Assembly (NCBI GenBank): GCA_964304625.1
Contig: OZ199838.1
Coordinates: forward strand, 10,991,607 to 11,055,606
Length of the DNA stretch: 64,000 bases
Direction: 5' to 3'
From: Kudoa neothunni
Taxonomy: Eukaryota > Animalia > Cnidaria
Part shown: positions 29,898-42,945 of the stretch, one piece after another
Numbering within the stretch: position 1 is the first letter of the stretch
Layout: each line of letters starts with the position of its first letter
The notes under the pieces: model-generated
Told to the model about the DNA's origin: nothing
Seen by the model: the letters and a program-made list of their open reading frames with translations, nothing else
Databases searched by the model: none
Made by a program: the position numbers and the translations under genes

Positions 29898-31420
29898 AAC
29901 TCCTTCTTCTTATGAAACGATAGATACTATTAGTCTTTTTATAAAATTATTCCTTTTTTTGATGTGTCTATCTGTTTTTAAATCGTTAGAATTAAATTAA
30001 TTTTTGTTTAATGTGAATCAAAGACTGTTATATAAACGATTTTTAAAAATACTAGAGCAAAGCTAAAAATTTTTCTGCTTCTCAAACTAACATATTTTAA
30101 AAATCAATTAAATAATTTTATAAAAAATGCGATCAAAAAAAATATTTGTGTCAACTATAGAAAATATTCTTATTTTAGTTAATTTAAAAAACTAAAGGGT
30201 CTATTAATGTAACTTATTAATATCCTTTGATCAAAAAATGGTACATACGAGAGGTTTTCTTTTCAATAAGTAAGAAGTAGGTTATTCGTCGTAACTGTAG
30301 CAATTATGGAAGGAAATTTGATAGGATTTTTTGAACAACTTGTTTCTTTTATCAGTAAAGGCGTTTAAATAGAAAAAAATCCAAAATGATAGAAAATATT
30401 GGGAATTTGATAATATACATCAAAATATGAAATAGATTGCTCAACTAAATTAATGGAAAATTGTTGAAGCTATTGGAAAAGTTCCAAAAACGCCATGGAA
30501 CACGAATCATTCATTGGCCATTAACATCAATTTCAATATATAGTAGGTAAGAGAGTCAGATATCAACAATCTAAATAATATAAATTTTAATTTATAAAAG
30601 ATAAACCAACTTGATTATGGGAAAATTCTGGTGACATACCCAAGTTGAGCACAGCCTAGACATGTAATCGTGCTTACATTTCGATAGAGTTTGAACAACT
30701 CCCGATCACGTATTTTTCCTTATACTAAAAAATTGTTTTTATGTGTGATTCTACATACGTCTTAAGACGGTAAATAAATCTACAAGCTAAAAGTGTGTCG
30801 GATATATTTTGTTTATTATGAAAGCACCTTTAACCGATTTCACATAATTCGCTCGAGAATATCAAAAATGCACGAAAAAACTAAATAAGAAAATTTTAAC
30901 TTCAAGTTAACTTGATGATTTTATTAATCTGTTATAATTACCCTGATTTTTATTTTATAGCTTTATTAAAGTACGTTTAAAATAAATACGCTGAAAAGAA
31001 GAGAAATTATAAGATAATAAACTAAACCCATTTTTATTTCAATAATTTTAAGTTAACTAAAATATCCGAATTTTTTATAAATTTTCTGCCGTATTATTAC
31101 ATCCAAGTTGCAGCTAGCAATATTACAACTATTAACGTACGATTTTATCTTCGTAATGTACTCAGCAGCATTCTTTATTCAAATAGATTCATGAATTCTA
31201 ATCCGTAGATACATTAAATAGCCTGGAAAATTTTCCAACGCATATTAAAATATCAAATTGAAATAATTATTCTATATATTGCTGTATAAAATGAACTTTT
31301 TTAAATGGGAAATAATGTCTGCCATACTCACCATTTTAGACATCGTCGCTTATTGACGATTACTATTTTTTTCTTTTCAATAACTACGACATCAGATTAA
31401 TAACGAAGAATTAATAAAAT

Positions 31421-34060
31421 ATGAGGCTAATAAGTTTTATTTTATTTTTGACAATACTCACAACAAGTAAAATTAGGAATAATTATCATGAAATATTCCC
31501 ATTTAGTATGCGGTCATAAGTATTTCATTGAACAAATTGAACGACCTGCAGAGGAGCTCAAAACACTTGAAACTCAAGGAGCGCAACCCAATGATGGACA
31601 ACCAGTTTCACAATCAAATATCTCACCGATATTGATGAAATCGGATGTTTCCACCAGTCTCGATCCTGATCCTGCGAGTCCTGTTGGTAGTTCTGACCCT
31701 AGTACTAGTAGTTCAAGTGATGACCCAGGTTCTGAGACTGGATCTACTGAATCTAAAGCTGATGCTGAGGTTGCTGATGAAGATGAAGATGCTGGTGACA
31801 GCGACGTTTTACCTCCTATCAGCGCCCCAACTGAAGATACCGAAACTGCTACCACCGAGGCTCCTCCTGAAACTACAATAAACCCAAGTGATATACCTAT
31901 AAATGATCAAATAATCTCCAAATACATGGATAAAATCACAATACATTTAAAGGGGGACGAAAACGAGAAATGCAAAATAGAACATTTGTTCAGAAATGGA
32001 GACAGATCCAAATTTAATGAAACTATGTGTATAATAGGTGAAACCCAAACTGTAGCCGTATGTGAACCTCAATGTAATCAGACGGTTGTGATTAATGTCA
32101 ATAGTGGACGATTTATGCATTATTTCAGAGTTACTGAAGGAAGAAACATTAAGATATTAGCAATTCCGGCAGGTAAATCATAATACTTATATTTTTGAGA
32201 TTATTATTTAATAGATATGCCCAGACTTCCTGAAACTAACGTAACTCTGAGTGAAGAAGAAGCGCAATTCGGAGTTAACAATTTCTGTACAGATAATTTC
32301 AGATGCCGAGTAAAAAGCACAAGATATGATAGAACTTTAGTCAAAGTAGAAAATAACAGCTGTGAACTACACAACATTACTATACCAATTCGTTACTCAA
32401 TGTCCAGCGCCTATTATTCATACTGCGGTGCAAATCAAGCTAAAATCATGTTTTATGCCAACAAGTCTTTCTACAGTAAAGATAACAAATACCAATATGT
32501 TCCTTTTACTGTTACACAATCAACTAGTCAAAAAGCTAATTTCCCATTAGAAGTGCATAATCCTTACATGAACAATGAAATTTGCAATTTCCAAATCGCT
32601 AGTAGTGGTGGTAGTAGTGATTTTAAAGATAAATGTACTCAGGCAGGAATTGCTGCAAGTGATAAATGTTATAAATACTGTGGTGGGGCTACTACTCTTG
32701 AATTGACAGGAGAAAGCGGAGATGTAAGTAGTTATACTGTCCAAATCGCTACTAGACATGGTGAAAAGAAATACAAAATTAAAAGTATACACCTACTCAA
32801 CTAATCAAATTTATTGTTTTATAGAAGACAAAAATACTGTAGAGTTATCCGATATCACAGCAACTTCAGCAAGTTATCAAGCTACTAATACCGAGGAGTC
32901 TAAAAAATGTTTCCCTTCATTAGTCCACGCGAAAATTCCTGGTATTGCAATGAGCAATATATGTGGTGAAGGTAGAAACTTAACTTGTCCAGAAGCATGT
33001 GCCACGAAGACACAATTAAATCTTTTAACCCCAAACACGGCATACATACTTGAGATGGTAATTGGCACATCGAAATCTGATGAAAACAAAAATGTTGTTA
33101 ACAAATTTCTCGCCACAGGTATAAATATAAGATACTATAAATACTTAATATGATTAGCACCAATAAAATTCAGCGAAACAAAAGTATTGTTTTTCGGTGA
33201 TACAATGATTATGACCCCAGGAGCAGTGAGTGCATATGAGTCGTATCTCCCGAAAATGAAATGTTATGTGAGATACATGAAACCCAGAAAACCAAGAAGA
33301 ACAATAGCCACCTGTTCTGATGGAAAACCATGTTGGGGTCTGTGCTCTCAAAGATTTGAAGTAGTAAATTTGCCGGTTAATGTAACATTAAGTATCGAGT
33401 TGGTTCATGCTGGCCACGTTGATTATCCAGTTTATCAAGTGTCACAATTAATAAGTGAATAAATATTGATGCGACAACATTAACTCTGATATTTTAATCT
33501 TAGAACCCAATGATACTAAAGCAAAACCGGAAATAACTTTTGATATTGTTGAAAAGAAATTAACTATCATACCAGACAAAACTCAACCAGGAAATTTATG
33601 TGATGTGGTTATTTACGCAGTCAATCCTGAAAACCCCCAAGATAGATTTTTGTTTGAGAAGATAGGAAAACCAACCGATGAAGATATTGATTGTGCAAAC
33701 TCAGTTGTATTTGACAATATAGATATAAAATACAGCTATCAGTTGTTATCTGGCGATGGACAATCTGCAGCAATTATTGACGAGATTGAAGTCGGAAGTA
33801 AATTATTGTTATTTATTTATTGTTATATAATTTTATATAGAACAAGGATCTGGGTAATCATAATTATTATATATATTATGAATTTGAACAATTTATTTTC
33901 ATTTAGTGGTTGGATGAAGAAGAACTGGTGGATGTAATTTTCATATGAAGATATAGTATAATATTTCATAATTAATTTATTTAGTATTTTCGCAGTATTG
34001 GGTGCTTTGGGTGTGGTTATTGGTGCAGTGGCCTTTGTGGCGAATAAATCCAGTGACTGA
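31421..34060 (+). CDS. Uncharacterised single-pass surface glycoprotein, copy 2 (tandem paralog)
   Basis: Same exon structure offset by about 4.16 kb. Near-identical to copy 1 except the acidic N-terminal region and module 3. Confidence 0.88.
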
Positions 34061-34360
34061 AACTCCTTCTATCTACTAAGGAAAACATAATTTTACTTCT
34101 TATGAAACGATAAATACTATTAGCTTTTTTTAAAAAGTTATTCATGTTTGTCGATAAGTGATGTCTATTATTTTTTAAAGATTTTGAATTAAACTTATTT
34201 TTTGATTATGTTATTCAATGACTGTTATATAAACGATTTTTAAAGATACTGGAGCAGTGATTCACAATCGGGGTTCAATGAGATAGTGCCGAGGGTTGGA
34301 CGGACGAGGAAAATTTTGATTTTCCGTTCTGCACACCCTGTTGGCGAAATTTGAGTAGTA

Positions 34361-34481
34361 CCGCGTTTCCACGAAATTAAGACCCGGTCTTGTATTAATT
34401 TCACGTTAGAAATTGGTATTAGGTCTTATATTTAATACATCATGCAAATTAGCACTAGGTCTTATTTTCGAGTAAACACGG
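34361..34481. mobile_element. Tc1/pogo-type MITE nested in the hAT 5' region
   Basis: TA|CCGCGTTTCCACGAAATTAAGACC ... GGTCTTATTTTCGAGTAAACACGG|TA, i.e. 24-bp imperfect TIRs with TA duplication. Confidence 0.8.
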
Positions 34482-34744
34482 TACCACGGGGAGCTACTTA
34501 TTTCGATGAGATACAAAGATTTCCCTTAAAATAAAAATTTATTTAGATAAATACACTTTTTTACTATATTCTACAACATCCATAATCAAAAAGTGACCGT
34601 ATATGATTATTTATTTCCCCTCCTCCGTAATGAATATACAATGTGCACCAAGTTTGCTGAGGTGTCATTTTCTAGTCCAATCAGATCGATCAGCTGCGAC
34701 TTGTTGTCTTTGATTTATATTGCTAATTATTATAAATATGCTGA

Positions 34745-36560
34745 AGATGACGAGAAAGTGATCAGACAACTATGCTGAATATGGTTTCACCGTAGCAACT
34801 CCTGTCGACGAAAGTCAGCATGCCCCGTATATGGTCTGTAATGCTGTGCTAAGTAATTTTAGACTCGCCCCTGCAAAACTACGTGAACGTTTTATGAAAC
34901 TTCATGCAAATGGCCAATATGAAAATGCAACAATTGCAGATTTTAGAGCTAAAAAGATCAAATTTGATCAACAGAAATCATTATCTGATCTGGGCTTTGT
35001 GTCAACTGATAAACAAATTTTGCAAGCATCCTACGAAATATCATATTTGATTGGAAAACAAAATAAGCCTCATACAATTGACGAATCATTAGTTAAGCTA
35101 GCTGCGATGAAAATGGCAAATATCCTTATAGGTAAGACTGCCGAACCTAAATTTTCCCAAGTTTCTCTCTCCAATAATACTGTGCGATGCAGAATGATAG
35201 ATATGAGCAATGATATACTGTCGCAAATATTGGAACATCTGATTTCAAACCCACTAAAATTTAGCCTCCAACTTGACGAAACTACGGGTATTGTTGATGT
35301 GTGCCAGCTTTCTATATTTGTGAGATATTTCTACCAACATCCCATACAAGGAGAAATCTTATTCTGTAAACTCTTCAAGAAGACGACAAGAGTATCTGAT
35401 ATAAAAAAAATGGTTGGTGACTTTTTCCAAGAACATCAACTTACGTGGGATATGGTGTCTGCTATATGTACTGATGGTGCTCCTGCCATGCTTGGAAAAA
35501 ACTCTGGTTTTGGGTCTTTAATGAAAGCTGATGCTCCGCATATAATTATAACACACTGTATTCTTCATAGACATGCGTTAGTCATGAAAACCTTTCCTCC
35601 GAAACTCAAATTTGTATTGAATGTTGTTGTTGAATGGGTGAATTACGTGCGAAAAAGTGCATTAAATCATACAATTTTTAAGGATTTATGCAATGAGTTG
35701 GGGTCGGATTTTGAAACACTTTTATACCATTCGAATGTTCGATGGCTGTCTAAAGGAAAGGTATTAAATCGTGTTTTCGCATTACGCGAAGAACTTGCCA
35801 TATCTCTAAGGGAACAAAGGTATCAACATGTCCATCATTTTTCGGATGCAAAATTTGTTATTACATTGGCGTATATGGCTGATATCTTCAATACCCTGTA
35901 CCAACTCAATCTTCAAATGCGAGGAGACGGAATAAATATAATCGAAGCTGGAGAAGAGATTCTAGGATTTCTTAAAAAATTAGTTCTATGGATACGTAGG
36001 GTACAAAATGGGAACTTTACTAATTTTCCCTTGCTGAATGATTGCATTAGTACTTTTGAAGATATCGGTGGGTTTACAGATGTTTCTTTACTCGATAACG
36101 TGAGAGGCTCAATTGTTTTACATTTGAGTGAGCTAAAAACATCCCTTGAAGGATATTTTCCAACAGAAATATCCTATCCAACATGGGTAAGACAACCATT
36201 TCTGTTTTCAGTATCATCAACTGGTGTAAATGAATATATTTGGATGAATGATTAGTTTACAACCAAACAAACTGCAACAACAATTATTCAGTACTTCAAC
36301 ATTATCCAATTTTTGGTGTAATCTAACAACAGATTACCATTGATTGCAAATACTGCCCTTAACCTAATCATCCCATTTGTATCAACATATCTATGCGAAC
36401 AATCATTCTCGGCTTTATTGGATATTAAACCAAAAAAACGAAACAGGCTTGAATGTGGCGATGACATGAGAATGGCGTTAGACAAATTCGTACCTAGAAT
36501 TTCAAAAATAATTAATGAAAAAACAGAAGCAAATTCCACATTAGTTTTTATTTATATATC
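34745..36560 (+). pseudogene. hAT transposase (ZBED5/ZBED8/FAM200/SCAND3-like), disrupted
   Basis: Motifs FSLQLDETT, CTDGAPAM, HCILHRHAL, VRWLSKGKVL and PFVSTYLCEQSFS. Upstream MTRK*SDNYAEYGF has a nonsense codon, the BED-finger Cys/His residues are eroded, and there is a frameshift near 36240. Confidence 0.92.
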
Positions 36561-38689
36561 TGTTTTTATTTGCTGTAATGCGAAAATCATACATAACTTT
36601 CCAAATTTTAATATTGTATTTTATTTTATAGGGGTTATAGAGATTTAAAATTGTTAACAAACATGAAGAAAGCAAAATTTGATTATTTGATTAAACAAAA
36701 ATTGTAATCTCAAATCTAATTTCACCATGAAATTTTATATTTAAATTAGATATTGTGATATACATACAATAGTATTATTAAAAAATAGTAAATAATTGTA
36801 TGTCTAATAAAAAAATATGGACAATATTTTCTGATCTTTCGTTTAACGAAGCTTCGGCAAGAAAATTTTAATATATTAAATCATGGCCCGTGGTGAACGA
36901 CTTGCAATAATATAAATATCTATCTCAATATAGATTCATGAATCAATTTTTGTTAAATTCGAATTTTAGATATGGGAAAACCATTCTGTCCATCTGGAAT
37001 AAAACTACTGTTTAATCAAATTTTTTGTTCTGTGATAAATATTTTAAAACTTATCATTTTGAATCGATCCGGAGTTTATTTTTTTTATATTAACAAAAAA
37101 CTTTTTTAATTAATCTTTAATACACGCTTGTTTATATGCATTTAAAAAATTCGTCTCATCACCTATAAATGATACATTTTTGAAACTTTAGATAATTATG
37201 GCGCGTAAAAATGTATTTATTACTGTTAAATTAATTGGACTGGTGACTTTATAAAATGACGGAAAAACATGGTATCATAACAAGGAGGGGTTCGATAGAG
37301 ATTTCGTAAGATCTCTATGGGTTCGATGAGGTATGAAACGTTGGGAACCACTGTATTAAAGCGATACTCAAACTAAAGTTTTTCATCTTCTTCTCAAATT
37401 AGTTTACTTTAAAATTAATTAAAAAATTTTATAAAAACTGTGACTGCAAACAATACGCTTGTATCAATCAAAGAAAACATTCGATTTGTTGTTAATTTAA
37501 CTGGTCAATGCATTTATTGGTAAAATTTATTAAATATTATTTTTTAGAACGTGGTAAATATGAGAGAGTTTCTCCACAAGAAACAAGCAGTAGGTTATTC
37601 GCGATAGCTGTAACAGTTATGGACGGAAAATTTAATAGATTTTTTGCACTATTTGTTTTTTTATCAGTAAAGGCGTTCAAATAGAAAATGAAGTTTAAAG
37701 TTTAAGGAATATTAGGAAGTTGAAATAATTTGGGATAAAATAGTCAAAAAAATTAATGGAAAACTACTGTAGTTGGAAAAACTTCAATAATGTTATGGCA
37801 CGAGAATCATTCACTGCTCATTAACACCAAACTCTAATAAAAAAGGGGATATGACCGTCATATAGTAAAAATCTCAATAATATATAACACATAATATAAC
37901 TTTAATGTATAAAATAAAGTCCAGTTTGATTAGAAGCGCATTCTGGTGATAAACACAATTGAACGTAATCTAGATACATGTATCCGCGTTTACAGTTCGA
38001 TTGAGCTTTATCGACTGCAGAGCTTATACTTTTTGTTATATTTACTAAAAACCGATTTAAAGCCTGATTTTTATATACGTTTTTATATTGGATAAAATTA
38101 AACTACCAGTTGAATATGTATCGGATATTCGTTTTAATTTATGAATGTGTAGTTGGTAACCGATTTCGCTTAATTCGCTCGAGAATCACATGAGGCTACA
38201 CAAAATCTAGTTGGGCAGATTATTATTTTAAATAACTTGAATATTTTATTAATTTTTTTTGTACCGATTTTTATTTTATCTTATTATAAATGATTTAAAA
38301 TAAATAAATTTAAAAGAAGGGAGATTTTATGGTAATATTCTAAACTCACTTTATTTTGATAATTTTTTTATTTGAGCTAAGTAAAATATTTATGGCGTTT
38401 ATATAAACCTTCTGCTTGATTATTACATCTAAGTTACACCTATCAATATCATACCTGTTTACGTAGGTTTTATATTTTTACAATGTATTCAGTAGCATCT
38501 TTTGTCAAATATATTCAGTAATTTTTTAATCAGTCAGTTAACGCTTCATCTTCAAACTATGCCAATATTATAATACTTCCTTTTTTTCAATTTTTATCAT
38601 CTATGTAACTTCATGTTTCATATCGATAATATTTGTATTTTTATTAAAAAAAAGATTTATTCAAAAAGTTTATTAATTTTATGTCTCAT

Positions 38690-40484
38690 AGACTTCTGCG
38701 CTATCTTATATAATACAGCGCGTTAAGTATTTCCAGGAAAAGTTAGATTTGACTCCGCTCCACAAAATGAATAAATTATGTTATCGTCTTTCTCCCAATT
38801 GGTGTCTGCAATTAATGATTACTGATATCCAACTTAAATAGTTTCACTACATTTATAATATTTTGGGGAAGAAAAATCATCTATACGTAGCTTAGTTGGA
38901 TCACAAAATTAGAGGGCATTATCCAGAGTCCGAAAATATTTTTTATTCATGGCAAACCTTTTGAATTTCCCACACACTAAAATAATCGTTTTATTGAACT
39001 AATATTAAACTGAATAATTAGGGATATTTCCAAAGCATCTAGACTTACCATGGAACCGAATGATTAAACAACTGAGTTTTTCTCCCAGCATAGATAAAAT
39101 CACATATTGGAATAAATAATCACCTTTTAGATTTTTTATTTAAATAAGAACATTTGATCTTAATTATACGAAATTTTGTTACAAAATTTCTAAAAAAATA
39201 TATATAAATTAAAACGTCTTTGTATTGATACTACAATACAATCTCGCTGATTCTATAAGCATAACATGGTGAATAATTCTTCAAACACAATTATATCGAC
39301 ATTAGGGTTCTGTCTTAATTTTTTGTCTAGAGAATCCCAATAAAAATTTATCCTTTATATTGAATTATTGTTCGCTGAGATTTAAGATTCAATACACATG
39401 TTATTCCACGAACCCCTGAATCCACGAGAGTCAATTCAGGCTTGTGTAAATAATGTCAAATTAATATATAATATACTAGCGCAAAAGTCTCGCAAAGGTC
39501 ATTTGAAGTTCAAAGTAAATTCAGAGTATTTAGATAAATAGTACAAAGATTACCCAATTAACGGATGATTTATTTAATCAATTGGACGTATGAACCTTAT
39601 TTAATATTGTTAAAAACTAATAAACACCACCGAGCATTTAAAATTTCCTCTTTAGAGCCCCTAAATATCGATTTTCTTCGTGTTGTTTGCAGTAATCTCC
39701 AAATAATACCATATGAAATAGACTAATCTTGTTAAACATCAACAAATGAATTTAATATTAATGCTTGGCTACATAACCTAATATTACCTTCTTTATTAGA
39801 ACTAATTCAATTACTAAATTACTTTTCAATAATTTTAAAGTAAAATAAACACTTTGATACATATAAAATAAACTTTTTATAACTTTAACGAAATGATCTA
39901 TATGTCTGCATACATTCTGAAATCATACCACTCATATCAAGTGAAAATGTTTTTAGTCATTTTGCAGGATGAAAACCTTTTATGATTTTTTACGTATTTT
40001 TCCGTGTTAAAATAAAATTTTATCTCTCCATATGTGTGCTCTAATGGAGCGATATATCTTTCTGTAGAGAATGAAAAATGCATACACACACACGCGGATT
40101 ACCGGTTTGCGTTATATAGTAGGACAGAGACCCAAAAATCGTTGATGAATGTACTTTTAAAAATTACTCTGAAAAATTATAAACTCAAGATGGATTTGAA
40201 TTTGAATTAAGACAAAATTATGATTCCATTTTGGTGTAATTTTCTATCTTAAAAATATTAAAAAGGGGGTGAACGAGTTTTTTCGGTTGAACATGACGAT
40301 TTTCAATTACCTAAAACATTATTTAAGTGACACTTTTTGGATTTTTGGATATCGAAGTAGAAACGATGAAAAAATTTTTTCCAGTTATCCTGGAGACATC
40401 AGCTTATCATATCTAGAACCAGTCGATGAAATAATAGCTAAATCACAAAAACTAACGAACCGCCTCAATTATGAGACTATTTAA
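38690..40484 (+). pseudogene. Possible decayed multi-exon gene of unknown product
   Basis: Several moderately GC-richer blocks bounded by AG/GT read as protein-like text with stops (DFCAILYNTAR*VFPGKVRF; PLNIDFLRVVCSNLQIIPYEID*; VCSNGAIYLSVENEKC). No family recognised. Confidence 0.25.
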
Positions 40485-41084
40485 CAAAAAATAATTCTAC
40501 TTATGCCTCAAAGTACGCTTAAAGTTAGAAGAAGAATTATTTAATATACAAGTGGAATGTAAGAAACAAATAAAAATAACATATATTCTCTAAAAGAAAT
40601 CATTACAATAATAATAAAAAAATAATTAAATTTTAGATATAAATATGTGTTTCATAAAGCGCGTATTACCACCTATCATTGTTGGATAATTCGCACTTTT
40701 TCTCCAGCCCCAAGGGATTACGTATACCCCGTCACCCATTGTATACTAAACCCAGCCACAGGAATCAGTTTCCTGTTTCACATTCACATTCATATAATAC
40801 AAATTCATTATTTTTTTATCTTTTTAATAACTGCTTTACAGAAAAAAATTTTTTAATCCGGACCTCGAAGCTTACGAAAACCGAAAATTTTTCCCCCAGT
40901 TAAAAACTTTGACGACCCCTGCCCTGATTCAGATCACTCACGGACCCCAGGCTAGGAACCGCTTACCTAGAGCGTAAAAAAATTGAAGCTGAAAAATTAT
41001 CTCATGGTTTCCTTTTAAAGCAGGGAAGAAATGAAAACAACGAAGTCTAAAACGATACAAAATCTCTACACATAAATGAATAGG

Positions 41085-42011
41085 TCAACGAGTTCGTTTA
41101 GCGGTCATCTTTTTGAAATCATCTCTATCCAACTTTACAGTGCCATTAGATCCTCGATGGATAAATAAGGGGTTCGATTGATCTACCCACCAACCTCCAT
41201 TTCTAAAAAAAATTTAATCCTGCATGACACCAAACGAAAATATGAAAATATACGGGACATTTTTGACGAATTTTTGCTTGAATCGTGTACCTTTGGATTG
41301 ATCTGCTTTTTTAAAAGTAACCAAAGATGTACCAGCCTATTAAATGTTAATTAATATCAATAAATTATCAAGATGTGAAATCGCTAAATACGCTATCTTC
41401 TCCGACACCTAATATCAATCGTTTCTGTTGTTCCTTTCTTAGTTCCATTAGTTTGGGATATGGAATCGAGGTTTTCTTTTTCTAAATGTTGGCTCAAAAG
41501 TTATTCGAGCTTTAGTTATCTCTTACGGGAGCTCCCAGTTTTTCCGCCCATTCCTGTGAATAAATACCTTTCAACGGCTTCGATCTCTTCATACAACTGA
41601 TTGCTACAATATTTATCAGATTTATCAACTAAAAATGTTGGATACCTAGTTTTTCCACATCCACTTTAAATTTTTTCACATCAAATGGCTCATCTTGGCT
41701 AATACACGGTTTCAACTATAAAAAACAATCATATAATTGCCAAATTTACTTTTCAATAGAAGACGTGATGACTTCTTTTCTAGGTTTTGTTTTTCCCTAA
41801 TAACAATTATTAATATGTCCAAGCGAAAGATTAAAGAATTTATTTACTGCTTGATTTTGTGGTTTTCTATTACTTTGCATAAAGCAAACAACTACAGGTT
41901 TTTGCGCATCAGCGTTCTTATTCACTTTTTTAGCTATAGGATTATAAGTCTATAAATCCAGTTTATCGTCTGCACTAGAAAATACTTGGAAACTGATCCA
42001 TGATTAAGCAT
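41085..42011 (-). CDS. C1orf131: C1orf131/Faf1-like (DUF4602) SSU processome assembly factor; not in the ORF track
   Basis: Spliced translation: QKPVVVCFMQ...QDEPFDVKKFKVDVEKL|AISCMKRSKPLKGIYSQEWAEKLGAP|KKKTSIPYPKLMELRKEQQKR...RGSNGTVKLDRDDFKKM. This matches the family pattern 'F.L.K...EV..FG...A..LGAKP.K...NYK.L...G..KNGTL.LS..DI.K'. The start codon is uncertain (42011 or 41880). Confidence 0.8.
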
Positions 42012-42037
42012 GCCTTGCGTACGCAATATAAAACAAA

Positions 42038-42945
42038 TGAAGCGCCACCTAGACATTTCGCCTCGCTCTTTATGGTATACGTTGACAATACTGACAAATA
42101 ACAAATTTTCACTTAGTGATGTAGTCATTGTGGACAACAATGATGTTTTTAGACGAAAATCACTGGCTCAAATCATGCAAAATATGAAATCGCACAGCGA
42201 ACGCAGCATGACTGTCGATGATTCGTTTGATTTGACACCCACATTCATTGCTGTCAGAGATCCAAATACTGCAAAACAAATCGTTAAATGGATCACTTTG
42301 GGGAATTTTCTCCATAAAACTTCGGTTCTATCGTCCTTAGCAACTTTTGTTGTGCCACGTTTAGTTCCGGAAAATTTCAGGAATGTGGTCGTTCTTTTTT
42401 TTGGTTTCAGTGCTATTTTGTCGGCCATATTCTACAATTCGTCTTGGATGTTTGACCCCTGTTCACAATATCAGGTATTTTTGTCTTCTTTATTTATATT
42501 ATGTGAAAATGAGAATTATAATTTTAAATTGCATCTGAAAATTTTAATTTGTTTCAATTTAAAATACAATATCATAAAAATTAACTTACGTAATGTTACA
42601 TTAATTATATTACATTACATTTTGTAGAATATTTCAAATTGAGTATTATTTTTTTAATTTTCAACATGAGCCGTAAAAAAATAAATTTTTTACTTGATAT
42701 AATAATTTGGTTAGGTGGAAAAACGAGCTGAAGTTCTGTCTATGCTGAAACTTCCCAGAAATAAAGCTAGAAATTTTAATGGCGTCTATTCGGTGGTACT
42801 TGTACGCAGAGATGACTATTATAGACGATTGCTTCACAATTTCACCATGTTCTGTACAGCAACTAAATTGTGCCTTGTGTTTTCCGATTTCTTGAAAATG
42901 ATTGTTACGGAGGTGGCCACTATAGTTCAACAGCAACTAGCCTAA
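42038..42945 (+). CDS. TMEM11: Transmembrane protein 11, mitochondrial (PMI family)
   Basis: KWITLGNFLHKTSVLS, YNSSWMFDPCSQYQ|VE, VVLVRRDDYYRRLLHN. Intron 42475-42714 and a probable in-frame 42-nt intron near 42076. Start is 42038 or 42010. Confidence 0.92.

Larger units (their letters stand above)
34255..37353 (+). mobile_element. hAT transposon (Buster/Charlie group), near full length
   Basis: TIRs CAGTGATTCACAA / TTGGGAACCACTG with TSD TACTGGAG / TATTAAAG. The paralogous empty site TACTAGAG lies at about 30050. Confidence 0.92.
27020..38530 (+). repeat. Tandem duplication of a ~4.2-kb gene-plus-spacer unit; the second spacer is split by a hAT insertion
   Basis: 27020-29900 aligns with 31180-34070. 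Spacer 29900-31200 aligns, with many substitutions, to 34090-34254 plus 37354-38530. Confidence 0.9.

Noticed and set aside
27484-33351. Overlapping and antisense ORFs over the surface-protein pair (e.g. 27484..27720, 27488..27694, 31574..31855, 32547..32792)
   Set aside because: These are shadow frames of low-complexity coding sequence. The spliced plus-strand model explains the region.
34745-34760. TGA at a position where Trp is expected in the hAT transposase, suggesting an alternative genetic code
   Set aside because: Host genes use TGG for Trp and TGA as a stop. The element has other lesions, so this is a simple nonsense mutation.
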